From: a virus
Taxonomy: Duplodnaviria > Caudoviricetes
Direction: 5' to 3' (one strand)
IMG/VR virus record: IMGVR_UViG_3300042402_005186
Span: 1 to 57,852 of that record
DNA: 57,852 nucleotides
This document shows, piece by piece, positions 29,001 to 39,237 of the stretch (the stretch's first letter is position 1; every line of letters starts with the position of its first letter). A model generated the notes under the pieces. That model searched no databases, was not told the DNA's origin, and saw nothing but the letters and a program-made list of their open reading frames with translations. The position numbers and the translations under genes are program-made.

Positions 29001-31291
29001 GTTACTGTGAAATCTCCACCTACAGATAATCCACCTAAAACTGTCGCAGACTGTATTGATGTTACCCCACTTATAACTAAAGGACTGGAAATGGTTTGTG
29101 CCGAAGCAGATGTTAATTTTAAGAAAGTAGAATCTGTATAATTTTTAAGATTCGTATTTGCTGTTGTTACTGTCGTATCAACATAAGACTTCATGTTAGT
29201 ATTAGCAACATCAACATAAGACTTCATGTTAGTATTAGCAGTGGTAACATGATTCACTGTTGGTGCTTTTGTTGTACTTGTTCCACCAAGTGTGTCTTCT
29301 AGTTGAATAACCCCTGTTCGTTCAGTAGTCGCCGAACGAATTGTTGTATTCGTTACTTCGGTTATATGACCAGTGTCATTTACTATAATAACCGGAATAG
29401 CAATATTTGTTCCGTGTGTTGCTGCGACAACACCAGAAGTATCATGCGAAATCGATAACGCCCCTGTGCCTGCATTTAAAGACGTAGCAATTGGTGCTGT
29501 TGCAGATGCGGTTCTAGCTACTCTGTTTCCATTATCATAAAGCGCGTTTCCGTGAACATTTGCGCTTACTGCTAATCCACCATTGATTTGTAATGCGCCG
29601 GCAGAAGTTTTAGATGTAGATTCTAAGCCGCTTCCGAGTGTCAAATTACCAGTAATTGTTCCATTACCCTGAAGAGTGAGCGATGCATTTGCGCCACCAT
29701 TAGCAGTGTTTGCCGCATAAATGAATAAATTTCCAGCAGAATTAGAAGTTCTATCCCCAACCGCTACTAGAACTGATGTATTGACGGCTCCGGCTGCATC
29801 ACCTTTTATAGTTAAATTGCCAGAAATGAATGCAGACTTTGAAACCCCGATTCCACCCGAAGTTATAATTGCACCGACAGTATTCGAAGAAGTTTCTGTT
29901 GTAGACGTAAATCTTCCACTAGGAGAAACTACAGAACCCGATGCAACAAAATGAGCACTTGTTGTGTTTGCAGCAATTCTAGCACTATCTGAAACTACCG
30001 AGCCAGAAGCATTGAAGTGTGCAGCAGAGGTATTTGCGGCGATTCTAGCAGTGTCAGCTACAACAGCCCAAGTTGAAATTAAGTTTCCTGTTGTCGTATT
30101 TGCGGTGATTCTAGCACTATCGGAAACTACAGAACCCGATGCAACAAAATGGGCACTTGTTGCGTTTGAAGTAATTCTAGCATTATCGGCTACAACAGTC
30201 CAAGTTGAAACTAAATTTCCCGTTGTTGTATTTGCTGTGATTCTAGCACTATCTGAAACTATCGAGCCAGAAGCATTGAAGTGTGCGGCAGTGGTATTTG
30301 CGGTGATTCTAGCACTATCGGAAACTACAGAACCCGATGCAACAAAATGAGCACTTGTTGTATTTGCGGTGATTCTAGCACTATCAGAAACTAAAGAATT
30401 TGTCGCAATTACATCAGTCGTATGAATATTGGCAGAAACACCGAGTCCACCTGTTACTGTGATCGCACCAGTAGTTTTGTTAGTGGAAATTAAACCGCTT
30501 CCGACTGCTAAATTTCCTGTTATTGTTCCGTTACCTTGAACCGTTAATGATCCATTGGCTCCTCCGCTTAGTGTGTTTGCGGAAGAAATATACAAATTAC
30601 CAGCAGAGTTTCCAGAGTAATCACCAAGTGTTATTGTGACTTTAGAATTAACTGTTCCTTGATCATCACCTTTTACTATAACATTACCTGAAACGAAAAG
30701 AGATTTTGCTATACCAACTCCACCAGATACAAAGGCTGCACCCGATGAATTTGAAGTTGTTTCTGTAGTATCATTAACTCTTATAGAACCAGTAGAGGTT
30801 GAATTCGCAGTCGTTAAGTTTCCGGCAGTTGTATTGCCAGTTATAATTGCAATTTTATCGACAAGTAAATTACCAGATTGTGTAGTTCCTGATACCGTAA
30901 CATTAGTATTCGTTGTAATGTTATTCGTTGTTATTGTCTGTGTTACTTGTAAATTATTGTTTACTGTAGCGTTGTTTGCTACAACTAATGCAATGTCTTT
31001 TCCAGAAATTGTAAGGTTTGCACCAACAGTTAAATTACCTGATACGCCTGGTGTTCCTAAAACTATATTTTGTCCGACAGTTACATTTGATGAAAAGAGT
31101 GCGTTATTCGATACGGTTAGTGGTGTGCCTTCCGCAGTTAACGAAAGTGCTCCAGTACCCGAAATCGTTAATGTTCCAGCAGTTTTATTAAAATTGCCCG
31201 TCTCTATTTGATTAACGGCATTTGCAGATTGATTAGTCTGAATTCGCCATTCATCGACTGTGTTTACTCTGGTAATATTTGGTATAGGCAT
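26006..31291 (-). CDS. Long tail fibre protein with S74 chaperone
   Basis: 1761 aa. Three phage tail-fibre repeats (GIVQL.DS...AATPNSVK type), internal tandem repeats and C-terminal YSDDRLK/GVSAQEV. Confidence 0.88.
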   Translation of the reverse strand: MPIPNITRVNTVDEWRIQTNQSANAVNQIETGNFNKTAGTLTISGTGALSLTAEGTPLTVSNNALFSSNVTVGQNIVLGTPGVSGNLTVGANLTISGKDIALVVANNATVNNNLQVTQTITTNNITTNTNVTVSGTTQSGNLLVDKIAIITGNTTAGNLTTANSTSTGSIRVNDTTETTSNSSGAAFVSGGVGIAKSLFVSGNVIVKGDDQGTVNSKVTITLGDYSGNSAGNLYISSANTLSGGANGSLTVQGNGTITGNLAVGSGLISTNKTTGAITVTGGLGVSANIHTTDVIATNSLVSDSARITANTTSAHFVASGSVVSDSARITANTTAAHFNASGSIVSDSARITANTTTGNLVSTWTVVADNARITSNATSAHFVASGSVVSDSARITANTTTGNLISTWAVVADTARIAANTSAAHFNASGSVVSDSARIAANTTSAHFVASGSVVSPSGRFTSTTETSSNTVGAIITSGGIGVSKSAFISGNLTIKGDAAGAVNTSVLVAVGDRTSNSAGNLFIYAANTANGGANASLTLQGNGTITGNLTLGSGLESTSKTSAGALQINGGLAVSANVHGNALYDNGNRVARTASATAPIATSLNAGTGALSISHDTSGVVAATHGTNIAIPVIIVNDTGHITEVTNTTIRSATTERTGVIQLEDTLGGTSTTKAPTVNHVTTANTNMKSYVDVANTNMKSYVDTTVTTANTNLKNYTDSTFLKLTSASAQTISSPLVISGVTSIQSATVLGGLSVGGDFTVTGQQLVDTNRIKLMASTKQTLGAGYDYFTVNRTNTAASLAAVNGTTDVITLSSHGFTNGQNVRLSSLSTGITGLANGTTYRVTVTGTNTFRLSTSAGYPGTLLDFNGTGNTAIQDLDNVDAEIRWDDLNKVWQFRDVNNLNDSTGFSKALTANLISDSITLNSSDNLASSKAVKTVQDNLVTANTNMKSYVDVANTNMKSYVDVANTNMQSYVDVANTNMKSYVDVANTNLKSYTDSTFVKLSPGAAQAVNQNITFNNNVTIGGDLTVSGSVTTINTEEINLADNEIVLNSNLPTNVQATQNAGIIINRGANTNTYIRWNESIDAWVANNGITAGEFRLANSTSYLTEGTNLYYLDSRARQALSATTGSAAYNNSTGVITIPGSTSHITEATSNLFLTAARVRNNVNASNISVSATANSTQPIQYDSTNGLFYHAGSGVTTSANAYYGSASQVPTFQVSNTGHIMAASNVAIAIAAAAVSGLAPSATIDTTNASNISSGELPAARLRLANTTHTGIVLLQDSVTSTSTSNAATPNSVKTVYDLVVIAQDAADTAYGLADNKVARDGDTMTGRLIISNTSTATSTTTGALRVTGGISTQANLWSANIISTGPVYSATGVFDTGTRVIRSASNTTPISVTTSSGTISISHEASGVTAATHGTSVAVPVIVVNATGHITGVTNTTIRSGTTSETGIVQLTDSTSSTSTTTAATPNSVKTAYDLAALKVAKAGDTLTGSLNFGDVTVSESRTSYQNNNKVKMVVKPSYDINGSGTILAGDASSFNSILTGVTSVDSVANVPFVIQHANNLSTGIMVIPNNLLSASVGVERGGGVIITGGTTSTTSNVKNYIRVGAGTGVMDAAELGAEIVIASNNDIVLISRSGSSGKINVDASIVATGEITSSYSDDRLKDKLGNIENALDKVKQLSGFFYKANETAKELGFTDERKVGVSAQEVQKVLPEVVSSAPISSQYMTVHYERLIPLLIEAIKEIDNKLEELKKK
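28300..28456. repeat. 33-bp coding tandem repeat (ANTNMKSYVDV, 5 copies)
   Basis: Visible in DNA and protein. A second, shorter cluster lies at about 29135-29240. Confidence 0.9.
29920..30385. repeat. 66-bp coding tandem repeat (22 aa, 7 copies)
   Basis: gattctagcactatc recurs at 30239, 30305 and 30371. Protein unit SARITANTTSAHFVASGSVVSD. Confidence 0.9.
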
Positions 31292-31524
31292 TATTCTTTA
31301 CTCTGTTTCAACAATGAGTTTAAAAGATTTTTTATTTCTTTCATATCCGAAGAAAGATCATCAACCTTGATTTTAAGATTATTTATCTCATCATCTTTGC
31401 CGCGAAGCCTTTCCCCCATTCTTTTTCTAGCTTCATTTTCTATAATAGCGGTCTTCGAAGTCATTAAAAGGGCACCAGTATTCATATCTTTTACGAAGTT
31501 GGTGCCTTCTACTTTAACTCTCAT
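31291..31524 (-). CDS. Small hypothetical protein with C-terminal coiled coil
   Basis: 77 aa, overlapping the fibre gene start (TAATG). Confidence 0.7.
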   Translation of the reverse strand: MRVKVEGTNFVKDMNTGALLMTSKTAIIENEARKRMGERLRGKDDEINNLKIKVDDLSSDMKEIKNLLNSLLKQSKE

Positions 31525-31527
31525 AGA

Positions 31528-34500
31528 TTACTCCGCGGGCAATGCAATAGCTCTCAAATCTTTGACTCTTGGAACGACAGCAGGATCAGAAGAAGTCAAT
31601 ACGATTTTAATTGCAAAGGTTTTAAACGTATCATATGTAACGCCAGAATCGGAGGTATAGGTTACATAACTATTTGTTGCAGAAGGTCTATATTCATATT
31701 CTGTAAACTCAGTTGCGGTTTTTGAAGCAACTGCACTCGGATTTATTAATGTCATTTTTTGATATGGTCTATCTTTAAATGCGGTATCATCAAATTGACT
31801 TAATAATTTGTAGTACACATGAACTTCTGTTCCTTGAGGCTTATTCGCCGCAAGATAAACTTTTAAGTCGCCGGAATCAAAACCATCAGCTAAAACAATT
31901 GGTTTCGTAATATAACGAGCTTCGCTTGGTCCACCAGATGGATCAAATTCGCTATTAATAACTATCGATGCATTAGAAGAAACGTTTGCATCATTACCTG
32001 TATCGGGATATGTTATATAAAAATCGTCTGTGTAACCAGATCCACCTGAGGTAACATAAATCGACAGAATATTTCCATTAGCATCTACTTGCGTATTCGC
32101 ATTCGCGGATGTTCCACTCGAACTTACAACAATGACGCTATTCGCATTAGTGTATCCTTCACCCTGATCGATTATGGTAAAATCTTCGGAACTTATTTCT
32201 GCATTATCTACGAAATTTTCCCAAACATTCAAATATAGATTTTGAACAGAAACTACAGGAGAAACATGATTGCTTATGGTAGAAAGAGTTAATTTGACTT
32301 TAAAATCGCCAGCGTTTGTGATCTTTCTTCTTCTGTTTCCTATTGCATATTTTTGTGATTGTCCATATTCATATACTTCATCGGGCGAAATATCTTCATA
32401 ATCCGTTTCTGCAAATCCGTTAGCTAATTTAGTAATTATCGAATATTTTGATAAAGCAACTCCGTTTGTGAAGTTAGTTATTTCATTCGTCAAAAGTCTC
32501 AGTCTATCTACGTTATAACTTAAGTTTGGATCAGTTAATAGATTCGGATAATTGGTCCCAGGTTTCTCGTTATCGAAAACGAAAACTGCTGGTGCACTTG
32601 TATTAAAAGAGCATCTATTAAGTCTGAACATCAAATCTTCATTAATATAAGGAACATATTCCATCGTATTTTGTGATTTATATAATGTTCCGATGTGAGG
32701 TTGACGAGAAACCGTTTCATTATTAACAGTAATTTTTCCTTTCTCCGCAACCCAAACCGAGTAGTCTGGAGAATCTGTAATAATTACTACGGCATATAAT
32801 CCAGGTTTTAAATACACTGGAGAATAAAACTTGAAGTTAGTTGTTGCTGCTGTATTTGTGAAAGAAGGAGGTAACTGAGACGTTTTGATATCTGAAGGAT
32901 AAAGAACAGACACAGACTCGGGGTACCAAAAATCTGCGCTTGGTGTTCCATTCACTGTAGGTCTAATCTGAACCGTTACTGGCAAGTTAGAATCATCTTT
33001 AGCTTTAAAGAAAAGATCGACACTATCTAAAAATATACCATTCGGATAAACAGACTCATCAACAAAGAAGGTTTGCGCTAAAGGATCCGATCCACCATCA
33101 CCGCCACCATCACCTCCGGCGTTACCTCCTAAATCTTGCACTGTAGGTTCAGCAGTAACTATTTGTCCTACTTGGAAGCTAGAAGTATCTGTTCTTGTGG
33201 TCGAAGAGATTGTTCTATCGCTTGTTGTACGACCCAATATTCTATTTTCTACTCCGACAGTTAAAACTGTATCCACGAGAGTAGTTTTCTTTACATTTAT
33301 TCCTGAAGACGTATAAACCGCTTCTGCAAAAGAAATTGCATCGGCATCATACGTATTATTAAATGATTCGGTAACTCTAAGTGTTCTTTGTCCCGAAAGG
33401 AAAGTTCTTGGAGGTAAGAAAAAGTAAGCAGATAAACGACCTAGTGAATCTGTTTTATTTTGTCCGATAGAATATAAAAATTTGCCTGCTTTGCTTGGTG
33501 TTCCACTCAATGTGGCAGTTCTTGTTGATCCAACATAATCGGTGATTGTAAACTGTTCATTGATCCAAGTAGTAGGATCAGAAACGCTTGTCATCAAGAC
33601 ATTAATAGTATTTCCATTATAATAATCATCAACACTTGAGGAATCTCTGGTAGACCCTCCGTACAAACCTGAAGTAGAGTCGCCAAGAACGATTGTATTA
33701 CCTACTACTAATCCGTACCCACCTCGATGTTTGACCGATGAAACTTGAAATGAACGACCAGATTCAACACCATATAAGTACAAACCGTTCATATCATATT
33801 GAGTGAATATAGTCGCGGTATTCGAAGAAGATTCGCTAAACCCTGCGGAAGCAAAACCAATACCTGTATTTCCTGGATTAGCTCTATAAGAAGCTATGTG
33901 TTGATTTAATGTAGTAGTATTATTGTAAATGAAAACTCTTTCACCAGGAATAAATTTAGGTAATCCTACCGTACTTCCTCCTGTAGTAGTTGTCAGAGTT
34001 ACTTCGTTTGGAAGCCATATAGAATCATCAACATTAACTCCATCGAAGAAATGATAAAATGTCGTATTTGGTCTTAACTTCTGGGCATTAAATAAGATGC
34101 CCGTTTGTTTCATATTTGGGCGAATAGCCAAATCGGTAATAAACGATCCCATTTCAACTTGTGAAGCGGAGGTTGTAAACTGTCTTCCTGTAATCTGTGT
34201 TCCAGCAGCTACTACGTTGTTGACGGTAGTAGTTGTGGCGGATTCCCAAACACCAGATCTTCTTCCGTCAATTACGATACCGTTGTTGAAATCAACTATT
34301 TGACGTTCGGTTGATGATGTTGCAACTCTTTGTTGGAACCAATCTTGGCTTGATATTTGTGCAAAAGGATTATTTCTATCCAATATCCAATCAGTATTGT
34401 TTAGTGCTTGATATTGAATTAAATTATTAATTGCGGTAAATGCTTGATTTAAACCTTGAGTGGAGTTTAAAACTACTCTAGCGGACGAACTCGTATCAAC

Positions 34501-37500
34501 ATCACCTTCAAATTCAGGAGATAATTGCATCACTCCTTTAAAGTTTGCGAATAATGCTCCTGCTACGACCACTTCTTTTGTCGCAAATTGTTGTCTCGTT
34601 AATTCGGTTGTAGTATAACTTAAAGTTAATACTTTTTTATCCCCGACTCCATTAAACTTCGTAGATCCTGAACTTAATGAAGTATTAGAAAATAGTTTAA
34701 CCGTTCTCATTAAAGAAGCAGGTCTAAGTTCACCGTTTTCTACAAGATTGCGATTATCATATCCGACTTCTTCTCGACTTGCTTGAAGATCTTTTGTAGA
34801 AAAATTATCAACGAAAATACCATATTTCGAACGTTCAAGACCATTAGCATCAAGAATTTTTAATGATAATGTATCTTTTTCAAGGGCATTTAATGTGACA
34901 TAATATTCTAATTGTTTTAATCTATTTTCGATTCTGTCAATATCTCTCATCGTATATCTACGATGGTTTTTAAAATCTGCTCGAATTAATTCTACAGTAT
35001 CAGTATAAGGAGGAATATACAAAGTATAAAGAATCATATCATCAGTACCTACGGTTGCAGGTATTGGATTTACTGCTGATTTGCCTTGAACTATAGCAAA
35101 TTCTCTAGAAGGTTTAATAACGATATGATCAATTCTTCCCAAATAATAATCAAAATCCATTGATATATTTTCTAATGGCTCAGGATTTACTGCTCCAGAT
35201 AGAGAAGTTCCACCGATTGCTCTTGTGGGTCTGAAATCAAATGCGGAGCGAAGTGGGACTATTTTTCCGTCTTCCGTATTATTGTAGTAAAAAATCTGAT
35301 CGTAGGTAAAATTAGAACCAGTTTTAAGATAAGAATCTACTGTAAATAATCCATTATTTTGTGGACTTGGGGCCGCACTATGTTTTAGATATTTGTATTG
35401 AACAAAAACTCTTCCTCTTGGTGGCGACACACCTCTTTTAAGTTTAATAGTGGCATGATCATAGTGAGTTTTTCTTTGCCCAGTATCAAATTCATAATTT
35501 CTGGTAACATCATAAGAATCATTACTTAACATTGCGGTTGTTACGTTTGCAGAGAGATTTTGCGAGTCTGTAATTCTTACGATTTCGATTACATCAGGAA
35601 CTTGAAGGCTGACAGAAACTCCTGGTGTTCTAAGTTTTACGAGAGTAGAAATCAAAGTGAAATTTGTAGCGCCTATATCTTCAAATACCATTCCACCAGA
35701 AAATGAAGTATTTGTCACAGTATTAGCATCTTCTAGAGTATTGGCGCCTCCCATTTCATAAGGAACTTTAGCATGCAAATTGGCACCAGAAGTCAAAGGT
35801 ATTAATTGTTTTCCTCTTATTGCGCCAGTAGTGGAATTGTTTGCTGCATTTATTTTTGTTGTAATATACAAATCTAATTTGACACCAGAAACATTCAAAT
35901 CTATCGTAAAAGATTGTGTCGAAACAGAAGTTACAGTAAAGTTATTATTAGCAAGTGCTAATATTCTTCCAGGAAAGATTCCGCTTGCTGAATCGGAAAC
36001 GGAATCAGTTCTTACAAATGCTAAAATATTTTCAGTAATTAAACTATCTGAAATAGTTCCGCTTCCTGGAGAAAATGCAAAGGTATCGGTTCCTGACGCG
36101 CTAATTGTTATTAAGCCACCAGCATCCGAGGTTTTATCTTTATATGCTTTTCTGCCATACAAATTCATATCCGAGATTGTTCCAGCTTTAATTGCGGCAA
36201 AAGGAACTTCAAATATTTTACTTGTTCTCTGAGGTTCAGTTATGAATGCATATCCGGTAGAAGATTGTATAGAATCGGAATTAATATCACCAGCAAAAGT
36301 AACACCCGATCCGCTATTTGCAATCAAAGATCTTGCTGATTTAAAATCGGTTTTTATCTGAACAGTATTCGATGCAGGTATGAAAGGTAGTGCAGAAGAA
36401 AGATTAATTGTAGCCGAATTTGAACTTGTAATTAAAATCGGCGATACGACTGTTCCCAATCCATCAGTAATTTGAAAGTACATATTTGCATAGGCATTTA
36501 CAACATTAGGTGTTAATGTTGTTGGAAGAGCTATTGTTGTTGTAGATGATCCTGATGCGGGAAGGGTTCCCAATAATGGAATAGTATTTGCGTTAAACAC
36601 ATTTACAGTTAATGAATACGTATTTCCTAATGTTCGATCTGTCGAATCATTATAACGAAGCATAGAAACGTTTAATGATCCAATCTTAGTTTCGTTATAC
36701 TCGCTTTGGGATGAATTATTAACTTTATCTTGAGCTACGCAATGAATATCTAAACTTGGATACGTAGTTATGTCTAAAGCACCGAATACGTTTTCGACAA
36801 CTATTGAGCTTTCATAGTTCGTAGGTAAATCGTAATTGGCTGCATTCGCTACCGATCTACCTCTATCTAAAGAAAGTGTGGTGGGAGCGATAGTTTGAAA
36901 TTCATATCCTGAAACATATGCTTTTCCAGGATCAAGAATTGCGCTAAATTTTCCATTAGCTACATCACCCTCTTCAATCGCAATTACGAAAGGATCTACA
37001 GTATAGTTTCCTGACTCATCATATGTTCTTCTAGCTAATGTTTTTTCGATTTCGCTGTAAACAGGATACTCTATCTCTTTCGTTTTAACGTCATCTACAA
37101 GACGAATAACTTCGAAGAAGGTAGAAATATCTGAAGAATCAATAGTTCTTTTTGATAGTCTTGTTATGACTTGAAAACGATTTGCACCAGGAGCTTGGTA
37201 ATTGAATGCTCCCTGAGCAGGGTCTAAAAGAGAAACGTCATCGATTTCGTCAACGATGTTTTCTTCAAACTCAACGCCAATTTTATAAGAAGGTTTAGCA
37301 TTGATCGTAGAACTATTTCCTATACGGTAATAAGTTTCAATAACTAAAAATTGAGGAATAACTTTTACAAATTGCCCTTTAAAATAGTAGACACCTTCTT
37401 GAATGCTTGCAACGAAAGAACCTCCAGTTGCCGAAGTGCTCTTTAGTGTTGCAAAAATATCTTGTCCGCGGATACGCAATGATTCACTCTCCGCAAAACG

Positions 37501-37887
37501 ATCACCGCTCAAATATTTAATGACAAGAACCGGATTTGTAGCCGAAGTGTCTACCGCAATAACTTTAGCAACAGCAGACTTAGATCCACCAAAAGAAACA
37601 ATAGTTTTATCTAAAAATTGACTTGGTGCTATATCAATACCATTATACTGAGTTTCTAATACAATATAATTTGCCTTTCTATCGAGAGAAATTTTTCCAC
37701 CGATGATTGGGCTTCCATTTTTAAAAATATGATTCCCGAACTTTTCAATTTGATTGGCTAAAATCGTTTGTAGTTGAGTTAGTTCTCTAGCTTGTACGGA
37801 ATAGCCTGGACGAAATAAAACTCGTAAAAAGTTTTTATTTTCGTCAAAATCGTCGTAATATGGGTCGTAATTGAAAAGAGTTGTCAT
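31528..37887 (-). CDS. Large virion structural protein (DUF4815-type, baseplate-associated)
   Basis: N-terminal PYYDDFD...RVLFRPGYSVQARELTQLQ, internal DPLAQTF and C-terminal VPRVKDLRAIAL, as recalled for large structural proteins of aquatic T4-like phages. Confidence 0.8.
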   Translation of the reverse strand: MTTLFNYDPYYDDFDENKNFLRVLFRPGYSVQARELTQLQTILANQIEKFGNHIFKNGSPIIGGKISLDRKANYIVLETQYNGIDIAPSQFLDKTIVSFGGSKSAVAKVIAVDTSATNPVLVIKYLSGDRFAESESLRIRGQDIFATLKSTSATGGSFVASIQEGVYYFKGQFVKVIPQFLVIETYYRIGNSSTINAKPSYKIGVEFEENIVDEIDDVSLLDPAQGAFNYQAPGANRFQVITRLSKRTIDSSDISTFFEVIRLVDDVKTKEIEYPVYSEIEKTLARRTYDESGNYTVDPFVIAIEEGDVANGKFSAILDPGKAYVSGYEFQTIAPTTLSLDRGRSVANAANYDLPTNYESSIVVENVFGALDITTYPSLDIHCVAQDKVNNSSQSEYNETKIGSLNVSMLRYNDSTDRTLGNTYSLTVNVFNANTIPLLGTLPASGSSTTTIALPTTLTPNVVNAYANMYFQITDGLGTVVSPILITSSNSATINLSSALPFIPASNTVQIKTDFKSARSLIANSGSGVTFAGDINSDSIQSSTGYAFITEPQRTSKIFEVPFAAIKAGTISDMNLYGRKAYKDKTSDAGGLITISASGTDTFAFSPGSGTISDSLITENILAFVRTDSVSDSASGIFPGRILALANNNFTVTSVSTQSFTIDLNVSGVKLDLYITTKINAANNSTTGAIRGKQLIPLTSGANLHAKVPYEMGGANTLEDANTVTNTSFSGGMVFEDIGATNFTLISTLVKLRTPGVSVSLQVPDVIEIVRITDSQNLSANVTTAMLSNDSYDVTRNYEFDTGQRKTHYDHATIKLKRGVSPPRGRVFVQYKYLKHSAAPSPQNNGLFTVDSYLKTGSNFTYDQIFYYNNTEDGKIVPLRSAFDFRPTRAIGGTSLSGAVNPEPLENISMDFDYYLGRIDHIVIKPSREFAIVQGKSAVNPIPATVGTDDMILYTLYIPPYTDTVELIRADFKNHRRYTMRDIDRIENRLKQLEYYVTLNALEKDTLSLKILDANGLERSKYGIFVDNFSTKDLQASREEVGYDNRNLVENGELRPASLMRTVKLFSNTSLSSGSTKFNGVGDKKVLTLSYTTTELTRQQFATKEVVVAGALFANFKGVMQLSPEFEGDVDTSSSARVVLNSTQGLNQAFTAINNLIQYQALNNTDWILDRNNPFAQISSQDWFQQRVATSSTERQIVDFNNGIVIDGRRSGVWESATTTTVNNVVAAGTQITGRQFTTSASQVEMGSFITDLAIRPNMKQTGILFNAQKLRPNTTFYHFFDGVNVDDSIWLPNEVTLTTTTGGSTVGLPKFIPGERVFIYNNTTTLNQHIASYRANPGNTGIGFASAGFSESSSNTATIFTQYDMNGLYLYGVESGRSFQVSSVKHRGGYGLVVGNTIVLGDSTSGLYGGSTRDSSSVDDYYNGNTINVLMTSVSDPTTWINEQFTITDYVGSTRTATLSGTPSKAGKFLYSIGQNKTDSLGRLSAYFFLPPRTFLSGQRTLRVTESFNNTYDADAISFAEAVYTSSGINVKKTTLVDTVLTVGVENRILGRTTSDRTISSTTRTDTSSFQVGQIVTAEPTVQDLGGNAGGDGGGDGGSDPLAQTFFVDESVYPNGIFLDSVDLFFKAKDDSNLPVTVQIRPTVNGTPSADFWYPESVSVLYPSDIKTSQLPPSFTNTAATTNFKFYSPVYLKPGLYAVVIITDSPDYSVWVAEKGKITVNNETVSRQPHIGTLYKSQNTMEYVPYINEDLMFRLNRCSFNTSAPAVFVFDNEKPGTNYPNLLTDPNLSYNVDRLRLLTNEITNFTNGVALSKYSIITKLANGFAETDYEDISPDEVYEYGQSQKYAIGNRRRKITNAGDFKVKLTLSTISNHVSPVVSVQNLYLNVWENFVDNAEISSEDFTIIDQGEGYTNANSVIVVSSSGTSANANTQVDANGNILSIYVTSGGSGYTDDFYITYPDTGNDANVSSNASIVINSEFDPSGGPSEARYITKPIVLADGFDSGDLKVYLAANKPQGTEVHVYYKLLSQFDDTAFKDRPYQKMTLINPSAVASKTATEFTEYEYRPSATNSYVTYTSDSGVTYDTFKTFAIKIVLTSSDPAVVPRVKDLRAIALPAE

Positions 37888-37898
37888 TTATTCCTCGT

Positions 37899-39224
37899 TT
37901 AAAAACTCAATACAAAACGAATTCTTTCTGTTTGAGATGCATCTCTTGTTATTGGTAATTTATCAGATATGTATAATATCTTTCCGGAGTAAGGTTTTAG
38001 AGTAGGATTTAAAAATGAATTTACGACTCTAATAGAACCTGACGATAGACCCCAGATTGTTTTATTTTCCTGTAAAGTTCCTTTTACATTATTCAAATAT
38101 AGTAAATTTAAAACACTATCAAATGAAATAACTTCGGCAGAAAAAGTTGATGAAGCATAAGAATCGCCTTGATAAACGATTTCATCAGTATTGTAGTCAC
38201 CGACACCAGGAGAAACTTTCACTCTCGTATATAAAGTATATGCAGTGGATGATGCTAAAGTAGTAGATCCATATATCTGAGGATTCTGTACTAAAAATAT
38301 TTCTCTGAAGTCGTTATTTGTTGGTAAAGAAGAAGATTCACTTTCTGCAAATTCTACTGTAAATAGTATAGTCGAAGCACCTAATTCGTATACTGGATCA
38401 TAACCATGCCCATCAGTCGGGGCAATCAATACTGTAGCAGCAGCACCCGTTCCTACGCCACCGGAAACATCAGAAAACGATAGATTTGCATAAGTGTAAT
38501 TCGTTCCGCGATTCTGTATAATTATATTTTGTACCCTATTATTTGAGACATTGGCTTTTAAAATTGCACCTGTTCCGTCTCCATCGATAGTTATAATATC
38601 TTGGGTTGTTCCATTAGTGTAATTATTACCAGAATTAGTTACTGTAACGATATCAATAGAACCTGGCTCGGCTGCTGCACGAACGAATTTATTATATACG
38701 ACTGGCATCCACTCGGAAGTTAAAAATTTTTGCTTCTGAAGTGTCGATAATGTCATCAGATATTTCCACTTGTAACCATCCGAAGTTTGAACGAAAGGTT
38801 CTTCTAATGAAGTTGTGGAAAGCGTAAGTTCTGGCTGATCTGTCGAAGCAACACCACCATTATTAAATAAACATTTAAAAACCTGATCTTTACTATTCAA
38901 AACATAAAAATTTGTATTTGATTGATAATTATTATAAACAGTATTGGATGTCCAATTAATTCTGGGAACAACTAAAGAAGCGTTTTCTATTGAGAGTTGT
39001 TTTGCATAAATTGATCTTTTGTAATAATCATTTAATGCAGTAATAGATTCTGTTGGAACTGGAGCAACTTCTGTTCCGGTATTCCACGGAAGTTGTTTTC
39101 CTATTACCGCATAAACATATGACTTTCTATCAGTCGGAAGATAGGAATTTGCACCAACTTCAAGTAAATTATATACTTGTTTGGCTAAGGTTATTTTGAA
39201 ATTTTTTGTTATGAGAGATGGCAT
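37899..39224 (-). CDS. gp8: Baseplate wedge subunit
   Basis: Motifs VPRINW, VFKCLFN, DGYKWKYL and GHGYDPVYELGA. Follows gp7. Confidence 0.88.
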   Translation of the reverse strand: MPSLITKNFKITLAKQVYNLLEVGANSYLPTDRKSYVYAVIGKQLPWNTGTEVAPVPTESITALNDYYKRSIYAKQLSIENASLVVPRINWTSNTVYNNYQSNTNFYVLNSKDQVFKCLFNNGGVASTDQPELTLSTTSLEEPFVQTSDGYKWKYLMTLSTLQKQKFLTSEWMPVVYNKFVRAAAEPGSIDIVTVTNSGNNYTNGTTQDIITIDGDGTGAILKANVSNNRVQNIIIQNRGTNYTYANLSFSDVSGGVGTGAAATVLIAPTDGHGYDPVYELGASTILFTVEFAESESSSLPTNNDFREIFLVQNPQIYGSTTLASSTAYTLYTRVKVSPGVGDYNTDEIVYQGDSYASSTFSAEVISFDSVLNLLYLNNVKGTLQENKTIWGLSSGSIRVVNSFLNPTLKPYSGKILYISDKLPITRDASQTERIRFVLSF

Positions 39225-39229
39225 ATTTT

Positions 39230-39237
39230 TATTTATC
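39230..39237 (-). promoter_or_regulatory. Late promoter-like motif (GATAAATA) 5 nt upstream of the gp8 ATG
   Basis: Overlaps the gp7 stop codon. Confidence 0.5.

Noticed and set aside
29721-31211. Plus-strand ORFs opposite the long fibre gene
   Set aside because: They are antisense shadows of a repetitive Thr/Ala/Ser-rich gene.
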